From: Sphagnum compactum
Taxonomy: Eukaryota
DNA length: 64,000 nt
Assembly (NCBI GenBank): GCA_965153455.1
Contig: OZ234493.1
Location: forward strand, 34,214,213-34,278,212
Direction: 5' to 3'
In this document: positions 25,501-38,422 of the stretch, piece after piece
Numbering within the stretch: the stretch's first letter is position 1
Layout of the letters: each line of letters begins with the position of its first letter
Made by a program: the position numbers and the translations under genes
The notes under the pieces: model-generated
The model's database searches: none
The model's input: only the letters and a program-made list of their open reading frames with translations
What the model was told of the DNA's origin: nothing

Positions 25501-26445
25501 AACCAGTAAAAACAATTTAACTACTTAAGTGTCAAGTCCTCTTTTACAGTGAATTTGGAAAACCGTGATCATCCGGATTTACGTAGTCTAAGTATGCTTT
25601 ACAATTGGTTAGGGTTTCTGTCTGTACCTAAAAATTGATTAGGGTTTTTATACTCAAAAATTTTGATTAGGGTTTTTTGTACTAAAACTTTGATTGCGGG
25701 TTTTGTGCTAAAAGTTTGTGAACATTTGCTTCCCAATCTTGTCTCTTGGGTTTTTTTTTTTTAGGGTTTTCATGACCATTAAACCCAGTGTTTCATGACC
25801 ATTTTTGCTTACAGGGTTTGTTGGATTGTTGGCAAATGATGTCGGTTGTAGTCCCCCCTCCCTCGTAAGGGTTCATTACATGACTTACCATACTTCTACG
25901 ATTACTTACTCCTGGGGTTTATGGGTACTCATGGGTTTCACAGCTGCTGCTGCTACTGCCAGGAATAATGTTAAGAAACTGCAGTGTACCATAATTGCTT
26001 ACCACAGTGCTTCTTGCATGATTGGCCTCTGGATGTACATACATGGCAAGACAACAAACACAAAAATAACTCATGTTGGTCTCCTTGCCTTGTGTGGGGC
26101 CGTGTTTTGTTACATTATGTGAAAACCCGCTACATGGCAAAGAAAGTGAACGACAAAATATAACTCACGGGGCTTCAAGTCTCTTTTGTTCATCACCTTG
26201 AGTAAAGGGCATTTTGTCACATTATGTGGAAAACCCCCCCCCCACCCCTCCTCCTCCCCTGGCTCGTGCCCTAAATTAGAGGCTTTGTTTTTATCCGAAG
26301 TAGGGCCCTGTTTCAGATCTGGCAATGATTATGACATCATTTCATGCATGGTACCCAACTGTAGAGTCCACAGTCAGGCAAAGAATTCCAATATAAGCCC
26401 CACACACACACACACACAGAGAACCTTGGATGCTGCTGGAGCTTA

Positions 26446-27520
26446 GAGCATCTCTGAGTGGTGTACAATGTGTGACCCTGCAAAAAATTAATTCTCACAT
26501 CCAAGTTTAGTTATTTTACTTTTTCTCCACCTCACCCATATGAAAAATTATAACTGGAACTGCAAATGCAAATAGGCGAGAGAATTCTAATAGCAAATCA
26601 CCTCCAACAATCATTATTATTGACCGATCAGAAATAGGGAATAGTCGTTAGATCATATTTCTTACACTCTTCTCTCGCAGGTGTGATGAGGCTTTGCTGT
26701 GCCTTCACCAGGCTCAACAAGCTGTGTGTTAAAATGTTCGGTCAGAACCAGCGTTATGCAGTGTGCAAGTGTCAATAAATACGACTTGTAAATCTTGTGT
26801 AAATGTAAATCATTTACACTTACACATTCGAACTTTTTACACACATGTTATTATCGTGTAAATTTTTATTTTATTTTTATTTTATTTTCATTCACATTTA
26901 CATTAACCCAGTTTTAATATTTGTTAAATGCATTTACACAGTTCCCTGTAAATGTTTTGGGAAATGTAAGTGTATTTGTTTTATACCCATAAGGACCATA
27001 CTTTTTTGCAAATCCATATTAATTAGTTGGGTGTGCATGTTTTAGTGATTTTTTTCTTTTTTTTTTGCCATGCGCCATTTTTTTAAATGGCTTATCACCA
27101 AAAAATTTATAAAATCCCCCCCTCCCCAAATAAAAATCATATTTTTGGCATTATATTACATTTACATTGTCTTACATAGCCATGTAAAATCATATTTGAA
27201 GTGTACTTGTTTTAAACTTACACTGTTTTACATGGTCATGTAAAATGATTTTATTTTACACTTACATTATTTTACATGGTATAAAATAGATTTACATGAT
27301 TTTACACTTACATGAATGTAAATGGATATTAGACACTTACATTTCCACTAAGTGTAACTAAACTTCATTATGAGATTTACACTTACACATAGTGTAAGTC
27401 CCAAACCATTTACATGCACAATACTGGTCAAAACCGTTTTACTGAAACAAACTAGGATGTTTTGATTTTTCTTTCATTTTAATTTGCAAGGTCACATACT
27501 GAGCATGAATGGAGTTGCTC
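26446..27520. mobile_element. Tourist-like MITE family B carrying a nested hAT-like insertion
   Basis: Ends GAGCATCTC / GGAGTTGCTC, flanked by TTA and TTC. After removing 26749-27426 it aligns, inverted, with 53713-54087. Confidence 0.75.
26749..27426. mobile_element. hAT-type non-autonomous element rich in TGTAAA/TTTACA motifs
   Basis: TIR CAGCGTTATGCA / TGCACAATACTG and an 8-bp TSD GTCAGAAC / GTCAAAAC. Many internal TGTAAA/TTTACA motifs. Confidence 0.85.
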
Positions 27521-30500
27521 TTCGATTGAACCCTCCCTCCTTAAATAACAATGTGACCATTTTCTAGTTAATTAGACCTAAAATTAGGTTATTATTTGAA
27601 AATTCATCCTTCACAAATTCAGTTGGAAGTTGGAAGAAGCTACCTCATCAATGGACTCAAAAGAAGAGTTATGGGTGTTGTTCAAATGTTGGATCAATGT
27701 CCTCTCAGCCCAAACATGTGTTAAATTGTGGCACAACTCCCCCCCCAAAACAAATTCTTTTTATAAGTTTGGCAACTTTTTTATAGAGCAAGAAATTTGC
27801 AATAAAATGTTCCCTTTTACTTGTAACGGTCAAAATAGGGCAAAACTTTGCCCATTTTATTTTTTTGAAAAAACACCAACCTAAGCAATTTGATATTAGA
27901 CAAATTAATATTCGTTTCGAGTTGTACTCATGGCTTTCGCTAATATTTATTGATAAAAATCTTTTTGGGTTGCATCTTTAGAACATCACCAACCTATGTG
28001 CATCATCCACGTCATTGTACCTTAAGTGCAAAAGCCGATTTCAAGTGTCATCATCTTGCCCTACTATTCAAGTCACAAAACCCTAGTACCTCATGCACAC
28101 CCATTACATTTGGGCTACCATCTTCATCTTTCTCATTTAGCATTTAGTTTCACTTTTTCATTGTCTAGATTGCTTGTTTATTGTTTGTGCTACTTGGTCA
28201 TTGTTTATGCATGTAGTGGAATGATGACAACATGATTATGCATGAGAGCTTGGTTTTGAGTCTCAAAATTTATGCTAATGTTGCAAGTTGTAATGTGTTT
28301 ACATGACAATATTTATAATATATTACTAAAACATGTAGAACAATTTCAAATGGATCTTATTAACATGGATTCAAAAACACTTTTAAAACATTGTAACTAG
28401 TTTTTTTCTTATTTGATTTCTTGGGTTAAATAACTTGAAATGCCTCGAAAATGATATTGGCATGAACAATCATTATCCACACCTTTACATAATCACACAA
28501 TTTAATTTTTTTGTTGTGAATATTTAAGGACATTGTAAAAATCATCAATTTCTAATTCATCACCTTCTATAACCAATCATGGCCTTGACCACATCATCTT
28601 GGTAAGCAAAACCACTACTTTCTAAACAATCAATTTCAGTGGGAGGTGTGGTTTTTGTTAGGGTGTTTGCACCTTGATGATCTTTAGACATTGATATATG
28701 ATGAGGCATATTTTGTATCTTGGCTTGATGGATTTTTGTTCAAAATGTGATGCCTTGATGCAAAACTAGGGTTATCATTTGTTTTTAAATGTATGACAAC
28801 AATTTACACGTTGCTTATGATCTCACTATTGATGTGTGTGATCTTAAACTATGTACTCGGATAAGCATGACCATGCTTTCACTAAAACAATTTGTTTGGT
28901 AGTTTGTAAACTCTTTAACAACACATGCCTTACGCAATTGATTCAAAATGGTCAATTATTATTTCTATTATTTATGAACCCCAAAAATATTAAAATTGCC
29001 ACTTTGTCAAACAACAAAACATTTGTTGAAATGATGTCAAACTTTGTTTTAAAGTGATGCAAGTGCATTTTCCAATAGTCTAGAAACCATCCAATATCAT
29101 TAATAATAAAACTCCATTTTGCAACTTGTTTCTAGAGACCAAAATAGTCACAAATGACATTTTCAGTCGCCAAAAACAAATCATAAACTGTAGTTTTTCT
29201 ACTAGTGTATTTGGGATATATTAATAGTGGCAACCATTTTTTATGATTTGTAAAATCATTTAATATGATAATAGAGGATGACTCGAGTGAATTGAATCTA
29301 AAGCCATGTTCCAATGGACACACCATTTAAATGAATGCAAGTTGTCATGCGCACAATTTTGCACAAGACACAAAACAAATTACATATTCAAACAATCAAT
29401 TCAATTTCAAGATTGACTTGACTAAACATATTCAAGCTTTAAAGAGAAACAACAATTGAAACTTGATAAAGTTTTGAGCTCCACAAAATTATATTGTAAT
29501 TTTATCTTGTGCATTTAACATTGTTACTTATATACCTTGTAGGTCCAACCATGTTAGTTTAGGCATAACTAGTGTTTTTTGACATGTTTAAAAGTTTCAA
29601 AAAATAAGTTAATGTTGAAAATGTGTGTTGTATTTGTACAAATATTTTTTTAATATATTAATGTAGCATTTGGATAAGTTTGAAAATATCCCAATAAATA
29701 TTAAATACTTTCCAACATTTTTAAAAGCCCTTTTTGATTTGTAAAATGTTAAAATTTTCTACAACATGTCCTTGGTTCTTGTTCCAAAATATTGCAATGC
29801 TTCCACAACTTTGTGCTTCTTAAAAATGTCATGCTTAATGGTGCACCATTTGATTTCTCATGACCGCACAAACCTCTTCTAAACACTTGCCATTTGATGT
29901 CACCCACTTGTTCATGGAGCACCCATTCAATTGTTTGCCATTGGAGCATCACACCACTCATCATGCTCATCACCATTCTTGTGACTAGGGTGGCCTTTGG
30001 AGGTTGCCTCTTTCTCACTTGTGTAATGCATGTTTTTCATGTAGTGGGCACCACACCACTTGTCACCGCATCATCATTCTTGTTGCTTGGGTGGCATTTG
30101 GAGGTTGCCTCCTCCTTCTTGTGCAATGTATATTTTGCATTGTTTTGTGTTTCCAATTTTTGCACTCGCATGATTTTTATGGTTGTCCAAATCATTACAC
30201 AATGCATGAATGCAATGGACTTACAACAATTTTATGGCCTTGTGCAACTACACAAATGCACTTATGCATATACTTGTATGGTTTGTGGTTGAAATGTACG
30301 CTAATACTTGCACACATTTCATTTAAAAAGTTTTAGACTTCGATAAAATGTAAATGACTTTCCAAATTTGCATTACACAAACACCCAACATTGATGCAAA
30401 CCAATGTTGGGGAGGTATACAATTTATCATACACCGATAGGAAAATGGTATAGTAAAATTCTCAAAATACCAAATTATTATAGTTACTAGACAAAATTTC

Positions 30501-30521
30501 AAGTTCACATATTGCTAGGTA

Positions 30522-30812
30522 CTTGTGTTTTTTTTCTGTGCAAATTTTTCACTATTGTGAAATTTTGGAAATTTCTGTCACAAATTCAATATAAAAAAAT
30601 TTACATCGCCAAGATTTTTCAATTAAAAAAAATCAAGTAGCCAGATTTTTGTACTTGGGTTCAAGTAGGTAGCCAAAAATATACAATGATGTTAAACTTT
30701 TTGATCTTTCATATTTTTTTAATGGCCAAATTTGCCAAAATCAGCTTATGGATGACTGCCACCTCAGCTACATCACAAAATTGAAAAAAAATAAAAAATA
30801 AAAAAAACACTG
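30522..30812 (+). mobile_element. hAT-like CAG...CTG family copy
   Basis: Family core 'ggttcaagtaggtagccaaaaatata...atggatgactgccacctcagctacatcacaaaattg...aacactg', with similar flanks GCTAGGTA / CTAAGGTA. Confidence 0.65.
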
Positions 30813-31136
30813 CTAAGGTATGAGGATAATCAAATGTATAACTTTTAGACAATGGCATGAATATAAGTAATGAAGACACGAATATTAGCAAGTATGCAAC
30901 ATGAATATCGATATTATGTGAAAAATACAATACCATAGTAACCTAGCAAGTTGTTGGCGCACTAAATAATTATGAGGGAAAAAAAAATCTGCATTTTCTA
31001 GAGAAATTATTAAGGTATACTTTAAAGGATAAAATTACACCTTAATATTTTTTTAATGATTATGTTGGAATCTTAGGAAAAATATATATAATATTAAAGA
31101 AAGATTGGACATCAAAGTGGAGAACCTACTAGGCTA

Positions 31137-31194
31137 CTATGGTATATGGAGGTGCTTAGGGTTTAGGGGTGTAAAGCACCTCCATATACCATAG
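31137..31194. repeat. Perfect 21-bp inverted repeat with a 16-nt loop
   Basis: CTATGGTATATGGAGGTGCTT (31137-31157) and AAGCACCTCCATATACCATAG (31174-31194). Confidence 0.9.
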
Positions 31195-32994
31195 GGCGGT
31201 ATTATGGTATAGCCTCCCCCAAACCCGCCAGCCCCCCCAAATTTTTTTAATTAAAAAAATATATATAGTCATACAAGGGAAGATTCGTGCCCAACAGTGA
31301 ACGTTGACGCAATCTGGTTTTGTTCCCCATCTGTGTGAACGCAGGGTGAAAACTCCGTTCAGGAGCGGATCCAACGGCCATCCGGAAGCCACCGCCATCC
31401 GTGTCTGCCGAGTTTTGTTTGAGTGGCCTAAACCGCGTCCCTTTGTTCTCGGAGCCTTTTTTTTTCATGGTGTGAAAGCGGAGAAGAACGCTTTTCCGCC
31501 TATAATTAGTAGTCCCGTTCACACGTGAAGGCAGTTAGTCAGTCAGTCGGTGATGTTCATCAAATGATGACCATGCCAAGTAAGTAGCCAAACCAATCCA
31601 CTGTTTTGGAAGCTAGCCATATATATATAGCCTAAATTCCTGGGAGGTGTGTTTTTTTTCTTTTTTTTAATGGCTCCCTTTTCCAAGGCCCCCCACCAAA
31701 GTTGAAATTTTCTTTGGCTACAAACAAAACTTGCACATTTTTGACACCTGGGACAACTGCCCAATTATGATGTATTGGCCATTATTATTAGGTGGCATGC
31801 CTATGTGGAGTCCATGTGGACTTGTTCTCTCACCCGTAGGGACACACACACACACACACAATGTACGAGTTGGCCCATGGTGTTCTCTTTTGCCAAAAAA
31901 CCCGCTCTCTCTCTTTTTGTACAATTGTATGACGTAGAGTAGCAATCTTCTTGCGAGTGAGTTTCTTTTGCCAAAAAACCCACTCTTTTTGAACAATTGT
32001 ATGGACTTAGAATTGAAATCCTGCAAGTGAGTTTAGACACCTGCAATCTTGTTTCTTGCAATAGTCAGGATCTCTTCAAAGTTCATTGTTTGTTTGTTTG
32101 TTTGTTTGTAGTCCTTGATTCATTCTGTTATTCATCGTCTTTGGTGGTGGAGCACTAGGACTTTGAGTGCCTAACCGGGGCACAATGTTCATAACACAGA
32201 CAATAGTCAAGTTCATAGACAATTTGTTATTGACAATTGTTTGGACGGGTTATGAGAAATGACACACAAAATCGCCCCCATCAGCTTGTTCTCTAAAAGT
32301 CGTCCATTCATTTGAATTTCCTTTCCTTGGGGGTTTTTGAAATAACAATAGCTGGAGGTTATTATTTATTTTCAAAAAATGGAAAACCAAGGATAAGTTA
32401 TTAACAAAATATAATAACAGCTGACCTGGTTACGATGACCAGTAATTTTTATTTTTATTTTTTGACAATTTTTTTCAATTTTTTTTGTAGAAAAACATAG
32501 GGATTTTTTTTGGAGAAATGTGTTCTTCCTACTAGTGAAATTTGAGTAACTTTTGGAACTTTTTTCCATGTATTTTTAGTTGCAAAAACAATTCCGGCTG
32601 GTTGTGACCCAAATACCACCATCCATTCTTTCTTTCATTTCCTATATTCGTGGGGACTACTAATGGCAAACCACCTGAACCAATCATGATGATCGACAAA
32701 TCAGGTCCAAATTACACTCTTTTTTGGAGGTGCACAATGGTGTTGCGCCTTTTACCAGTCATGGCAAGCTGCACAAATTTGGTGCAGAAAAACCAATTTC
32801 CTGAGCTAAACCGACATATTTTGACTTTTTCACAGATCCAACTAAATTTGTGTTCACTAGTGTGAGATTGAAATTAGGGTTTCAACAAACCATGTTTTAC
32901 AACATTTCTTTTTTGACCTTCACAAGAACCTTTCTGGGGACTCACACAAGTACACAGGCCTTACCCACTGGTCACTTAATGTTAATAAGAAATA

Positions 32995-33209
32995 GGTGCG
33001 TTCACACTTGGTGTTAGGGACTCTAGTGTTGAGTCCTTCAACACCATACTAGTCATTTGAGACTTGAACTTACCCATCATGAAGATTTTATGTTAAACTA
33101 ACATTCACTTAACATTAAGCTATCTATCGCCCATTTAACATTGAATGCCACCTAGGATGCCACCTAGATTTTCATTTAACATTGGTTTAACATCAAGTGT
33201 GAATGCACC
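32995..33209. mobile_element. PIF/Harbinger-like MITE family C
   Basis: TIR GGTGCGTTCACACTTGGTGTTA / TAACATCAAGTGTGAATGCACC with a 3-bp ATA duplication. Confidence 0.8.
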
Positions 33210-34929
33210 ATAAGTATAGCAACTTTAGCTCTATTGACCCTTGGAGTAGGGCACTCCACACCAAGAATGAGATTGTCATAATTCATAACCATTGATTCAT
33301 AACCATCCAACTTGTTAATTGCTTGAATAGCATTATCCTTTAGAAAAACATCAGCATTGAGTCACTTATTCAAGACATCACACTAATAATGTAGTCACAT
33401 TTTGACAAACCTGGTCCTAAGCAAAACTTAAAATAATGTCCCATTTCACGCTATTTCATTAATTTGAAATTTGAGCAAGAGATGAGAAAAATATAAGTAG
33501 ATGACCCATTGGCTGAAATTTTTAATGAATGCAAAATTGTGATTTAATATTTCATACTATAAAATGATAATATAAATTGGTGTTGAAATTTTTAATTTTA
33601 CTTATATAGCAACATTCATAATACGTTGTGGGAACATGTGAATAAGTTTGAAATCAATGTAATTAAGAAAACAATATTAAAAGCACGTTTCAAACAGTTG
33701 TTACCAATGTTTTTAAATGATAAAAGACTTATTAAATGACTTAAAGAGATGTGAAAATGACATAGTTAACAATTTTTAAATATAAACCTTAACATAATAG
33801 TATAAAATATTAATATTTTTAAAGACTTTTTAAAAACCTTTTTAGAATATTTCCAAAATATTTTTTGAAAATATTTCAAGTGAAGCAACCACTTAGAGAA
33901 GCACCATTGGTTCTTAATAAATTTTACCCAATATCAAAACTAGCAAGAATTAATTTTTAAAAACCCTTAACGTCTAATGAAAAACAACATAGTTTTTTTC
34001 TGTGATATGGGGGAAGTCTTCTATTTTTTGACATCAACAAATAGCGTTTTTAAAAATGAAAAAGGTGTCAAACCATTAATCACCTTAATCATGGAAGGCA
34101 AAAACAAAACTACCATCATTAACCATTGACTTTGTGTCCAATGGTGCCTCTAGATTCAACTATAAAAAAAATAATCTACCTAAACAACAATAAATCAAAG
34201 AAACAATATACACTTCAAACAATCCACATGTATTTGAAAACATTTTGATGCTCTCTTTTTTCCATCAAAAAAACACAAGAAAAAAATCATTTATTTACTT
34301 TTTTGATATTGAAAATATTTTTTCCAATTTTAGTTCAATTCTTCTTGTTTAATGTTACCTAAGCACTTCAAATATTATCTTTAGAAGTTTAATTCTATAA
34401 ATTATTTGAATGTCAACTTTTTCTGAATTTTTATGATATTGTACTATTTTAAATATTAATACTTTGAATTTTCATTGTCAATGACAGAGTTCGACTTTTA
34501 AATCAAATTTTTAAGTTTTTCAAAACAAATTTTCGAATCAACAAATTATAGATTCAATCAGGGTTCCCACAAAAAGTTTCCGATTCAAACCAAGTTCCAG
34601 CTTCAAGATGTAGTTCTAACTTTCAATGTTTTTTAATATTAATATTTAAAAGTATAAATCCTTGGAATTTTCTTTGTCAATGAGAGGGTTTGATTTGTAT
34701 TTGATATAAGTCACATAAACAAATTCCAATAGACCCCAATTAGTCCTGGCCAAGACTCTCGCATGCCTATTTATGCGAGTGCAAGAGAAAGTTCAAATCA
34801 AATTCAAATCAAAGTTGCAAAGTTGTTTAAAATAAGTTTGTTGAATCCAAGCTCTGATTCAATGACCAAAAACATGACAAATTCAGACAAATTCACTGAA
34901 ACATGACATATTATCCATTTTGGTAAGTT

Positions 34930-36453
34930 TCATTTGAAAGATGCTTCAATCTGCTCCAAAGTTCAGTCCCCGAGTTTCTGGAACATACAATGCCACAAAC
35001 ACTCTTGTTAACAAGCAATCCCCTGCAAAAATCCAAAATGAACTTGCACCATCCATACACCCATTTCATCATGCCTTATACATTTGCAATCTCCCCACAA
35101 CACCGAGCCAAGTTTGGTTAATTCCAACTTCCTACACTCCCATGCTAAACCTGAACAACTTGAACCCTAATCTCACAGTGGTTGATTTGCAGTTGAATGA
35201 CGCCTAATGTCATGATGACAATTATGATTTTGAACTCCTTTCAACTGAAGATTCCCATCCTCCATTTTTTTCAATCATACAATCTCTTGACATGAATCAA
35301 CAAAAAACCTAACCATCAAAAGAAAGAAGTTCAATAAGAATGGTAATTAAGTGCCATGTCTCTGTACCTACGGCACTCCAGAGAAGCATGTAATTGAAAC
35401 TCATAGTGACAATGTAGGCTAAGAACCAATTAACAAGAATGGCAACACTCGCTGCCACCCCCCGTAACATATGTTGGAAATATCTACACCAAGTACCAAC
35501 CAACCCTCTTCACTCTTGGCCAACCAAACCAACCTATAACATAAAACATTGTGACAAGCAATTTCCAGCATTAGATGTAGGTCTATCAAAAAGGCTTAAT
35601 CATAGCAAGTTATCATCACATCTCTGATGTGAGGAAAAAAATCCAAGTGCAGGCCCAATGTAAAGAATTTTCCATCGACAGGTTTAGTGCAGGTCAGAAT
35701 GGTTGCAGCTCTTATAATGTGAAGCTTTGATCTTTGAAGCTCTGGAGAAAGATTGTCCATTTTTCATACCTCAAACATAATGATCCAAGGAATAGCAACC
35801 CATTCCCAAAGAGAAAGACTCAATGTAAGCCTACACCAGAGCTACATAAATTCAAGAAATCTGAACTCAAATAGAAATGACTCTACATAGTTTTGATAGT
35901 CTTGATTGGAGTGTACAAACAACAACCACCAAAATAATGAGTGGAGATTTCTACTTTGGATTTGCAAATACAAATGTTCATGGATCATAACTATAACTAA
36001 ACAGGATGTGCACAAATAAAAAAATCTAGTAAAATGCTGAAGTAGAATATTATAATCACACTTAACATCGACAACCAAGTGCTAGATCAGGTTTCATGAC
36101 TTACCAAAAGGCTGACTAGTGCAAGAATGCTAATAAAAGTACTGAAAGCTGGAGACATCTGTTTTGGTTGAACATTTTGTCAAAAAATGTAAAATCTTAG
36201 TACAACTACCCACTTGCTAACCTCGATAACTTATAGATCTTACTTGTATGAACACTTCAACCAGCTGCCACAAATCGAGGTAAAATCCAATTGCAGGCAA
36301 AGCTTCAGGCACTTTTGATCAAATCTACCCATCAATTGCCACTAGAAGACGCAAGAATCAGCCTATCTGAATCAGGTCTGAATGGAGATTAACCTGTGCA
36401 TAGAATGAAAATGCAACAAGAAAGTTGCTGAGACCCATTCCACCAGTAGATAT
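34930..36453 (-). pseudogene. ERD6-like sugar transporter (MFS sugar porter) pseudogene, 3' exons only
   Basis: Exon remnants: 36453-36394 ISTGGMGLSNFLVAFSFYAQ (acceptor mutated to CAA); about 36176-36105 ...FISILALVSLL; 35830-35770 AYIESFSLGMG/AIPWIIMFE (+1 frameshift); 35483-35368 IFPTYVTG/VAASVAILVNWFLAYIVTMSFNYMLLWSA (+1 frameshift); 35022-34930 VFVALYVPETRG/TLEQIEASFK* (frameshift). Confidence 0.85.
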
Positions 36454-36538
36454 TTGCACATCTCCCAATAATATGCAAAACATGTCACAAAATGCATGAA
36501 CTAGTACATGAACTTAGGCCAAACAAGTAGATGCATAC

Positions 36539-36613
36539 TTTGCAGCCAGTTCTATCAAAGATGATTCCCCATACTAAACAATTGTAGCATTGTGCCAGGG
36601 GAAATAGCGATGC
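36539..36613 (-). pseudogene. Isolated exon of a different MFS transporter (ZIFL/DHA1-like motif A region)
   Basis: A 75-nt segment bounded by CAG and GTATGC, encoding ASLFPLAQCYNCLVWGIIFDRTGCK. This resembles the W-G-x-x-x-D-R-x-G-R-K motif. Confidence 0.45.
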
Positions 36614-38422
36614 CTGCCAAAAGATCACATGGCAAAGAACATACTTCATAGATTCATAACCAATTTTCCTTAATAAAAAAAAATACTTGCAACAAAACAT
36701 CATGTTTCATTGCAAAACATTTCTCCTAATCTAAAATCCGTGGACTCTTGTGCACAAGGATGCTGCACAATTTGCATCATCAAGCCCTAATTTCCATGGA
36801 GCTTTCCTACATATAATTTCCATGTGGTGAACATGCAATATTTGTTGAATTTTCCTATTGGATCCACCTACCGCATCCACACTCTCAACACAAAAAAAAC
36901 CTATTCCAATTTAAGCAGTCTAAACATTTTCATCAAATAAATTGGTGCACTTAATATGAAACTGGTTTTCATAAGGTAAAAGTTGCAAAACTTGGATCCA
37001 ATGCGACAGTCCCTGTCCCTTTGAGGGCAGGGCCCAAAAAACGCATGAACTCCAATTTGTGTGAAACCATAAATTTTGCTTAAAACAATTCCTTCTAACC
37101 CATAATGTTTATTCATGTTATCTGAATTGTGTATCGAAGATGGTTTATAAGGTGTATGGCTTACAAACCACATCCAACTATTGCCTTGAATGTTTTTAAC
37201 CATCTAAATCATTGAGTTTTATCCTAATTAATGTACTGGAAAACACCTCAATACTAAAAATCACACTTATCATCAAGCATTTTATAAACATAAACATATG
37301 TTGGGGTGAGTGACCACCTTGCAAGCAATTGACACAATGTGTTAAATATTGGCCTCTTAAAAATTGGGTGAATTTATTTTTTCTTTTATCTATGCAAATG
37401 TCATGGTTCTTGCATGCAACTAAGTTTAGAAATTAGAAGGTGATGAATGTCAATAATTCAACACAAAAAAAAATTTGAGTAAGAAAGTGTCGACTGTTGA
37501 TATGAAGGTACCAAATGCAATTATCTATACATTGTTTGACCATTACTTTGGTGTTCAATGAAAACAAGAGCATATGAACACACACCCAAAACAAAACAAA
37601 ATAGAGAACGATGAACTATTTCCTAAATCAATTAGAGCTTCAACTATTTGCAGCAGTTTGGTCATTCAAGCAGGCGACTTATCAATTTTCGATTTTGTAG
37701 CAAACCAATACCAATCAAACCAAGTTGGAAACAGAAACAACCATTCAACCTTTAGGAAATCTTGAATTCAAGATTAAAGTGGAACATGTTACAAAGTGCA
37801 ACAAAATGGTTAGCTCAAGGATTGAAAACCTACCTAGATGAAATTTCTAGCACATACACCCAACCCATCAAGTTCTTGTCTATTCTCATCCAGATACCTA
37901 CTTGACAAATAAGTTCTCTAATTGGCTTTCAACAAATTTTAGAATTGATAGGTAGGTTCTAAATAACCAACTCATATTCATAATCCGCCATTTTTTCAAT
38001 AACCAACTAACATTGTTTAGGACCACTTTTGTTCACCCATGGTATTCTAGACTTTGCCCTTGAATGCCGACTTATGTATATCTTCCCTTTTTTTTTCTTT
38101 TGTTTAGTTTAATTGTTTTGAATTTTTTTGAGCCTCATTCTTTGTTAGTTGTTTTGAAACTCTGAGCAACTCCAAGTTGAAGCTATTTTGTAGGCAACTT
38201 CTCCATTCAACACCAAATGTGGAGCAACATTGTAAGGCAACCTCCCTAAACAACTCCATGCAATGATTGGCCAAGGATCTTCATTCATTGCATAGTATAG
38301 TACAATCTCACATCTGCATGCTTTAGGCTTGGAGCTTCTGGAAGAAAGTTCCTCCTGCCTAAGCTCTCAGTCACAATGTGCATACATATGTACAGTGTGG
38401 GTGAAAAGAATAAATGGAGGAC

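Noticed and set aside
27950..30420. Possible decayed transposase region
   Set aside because: CpG-depleted and TE-like, but I could not read a diagnostic catalytic motif, so no family is called.
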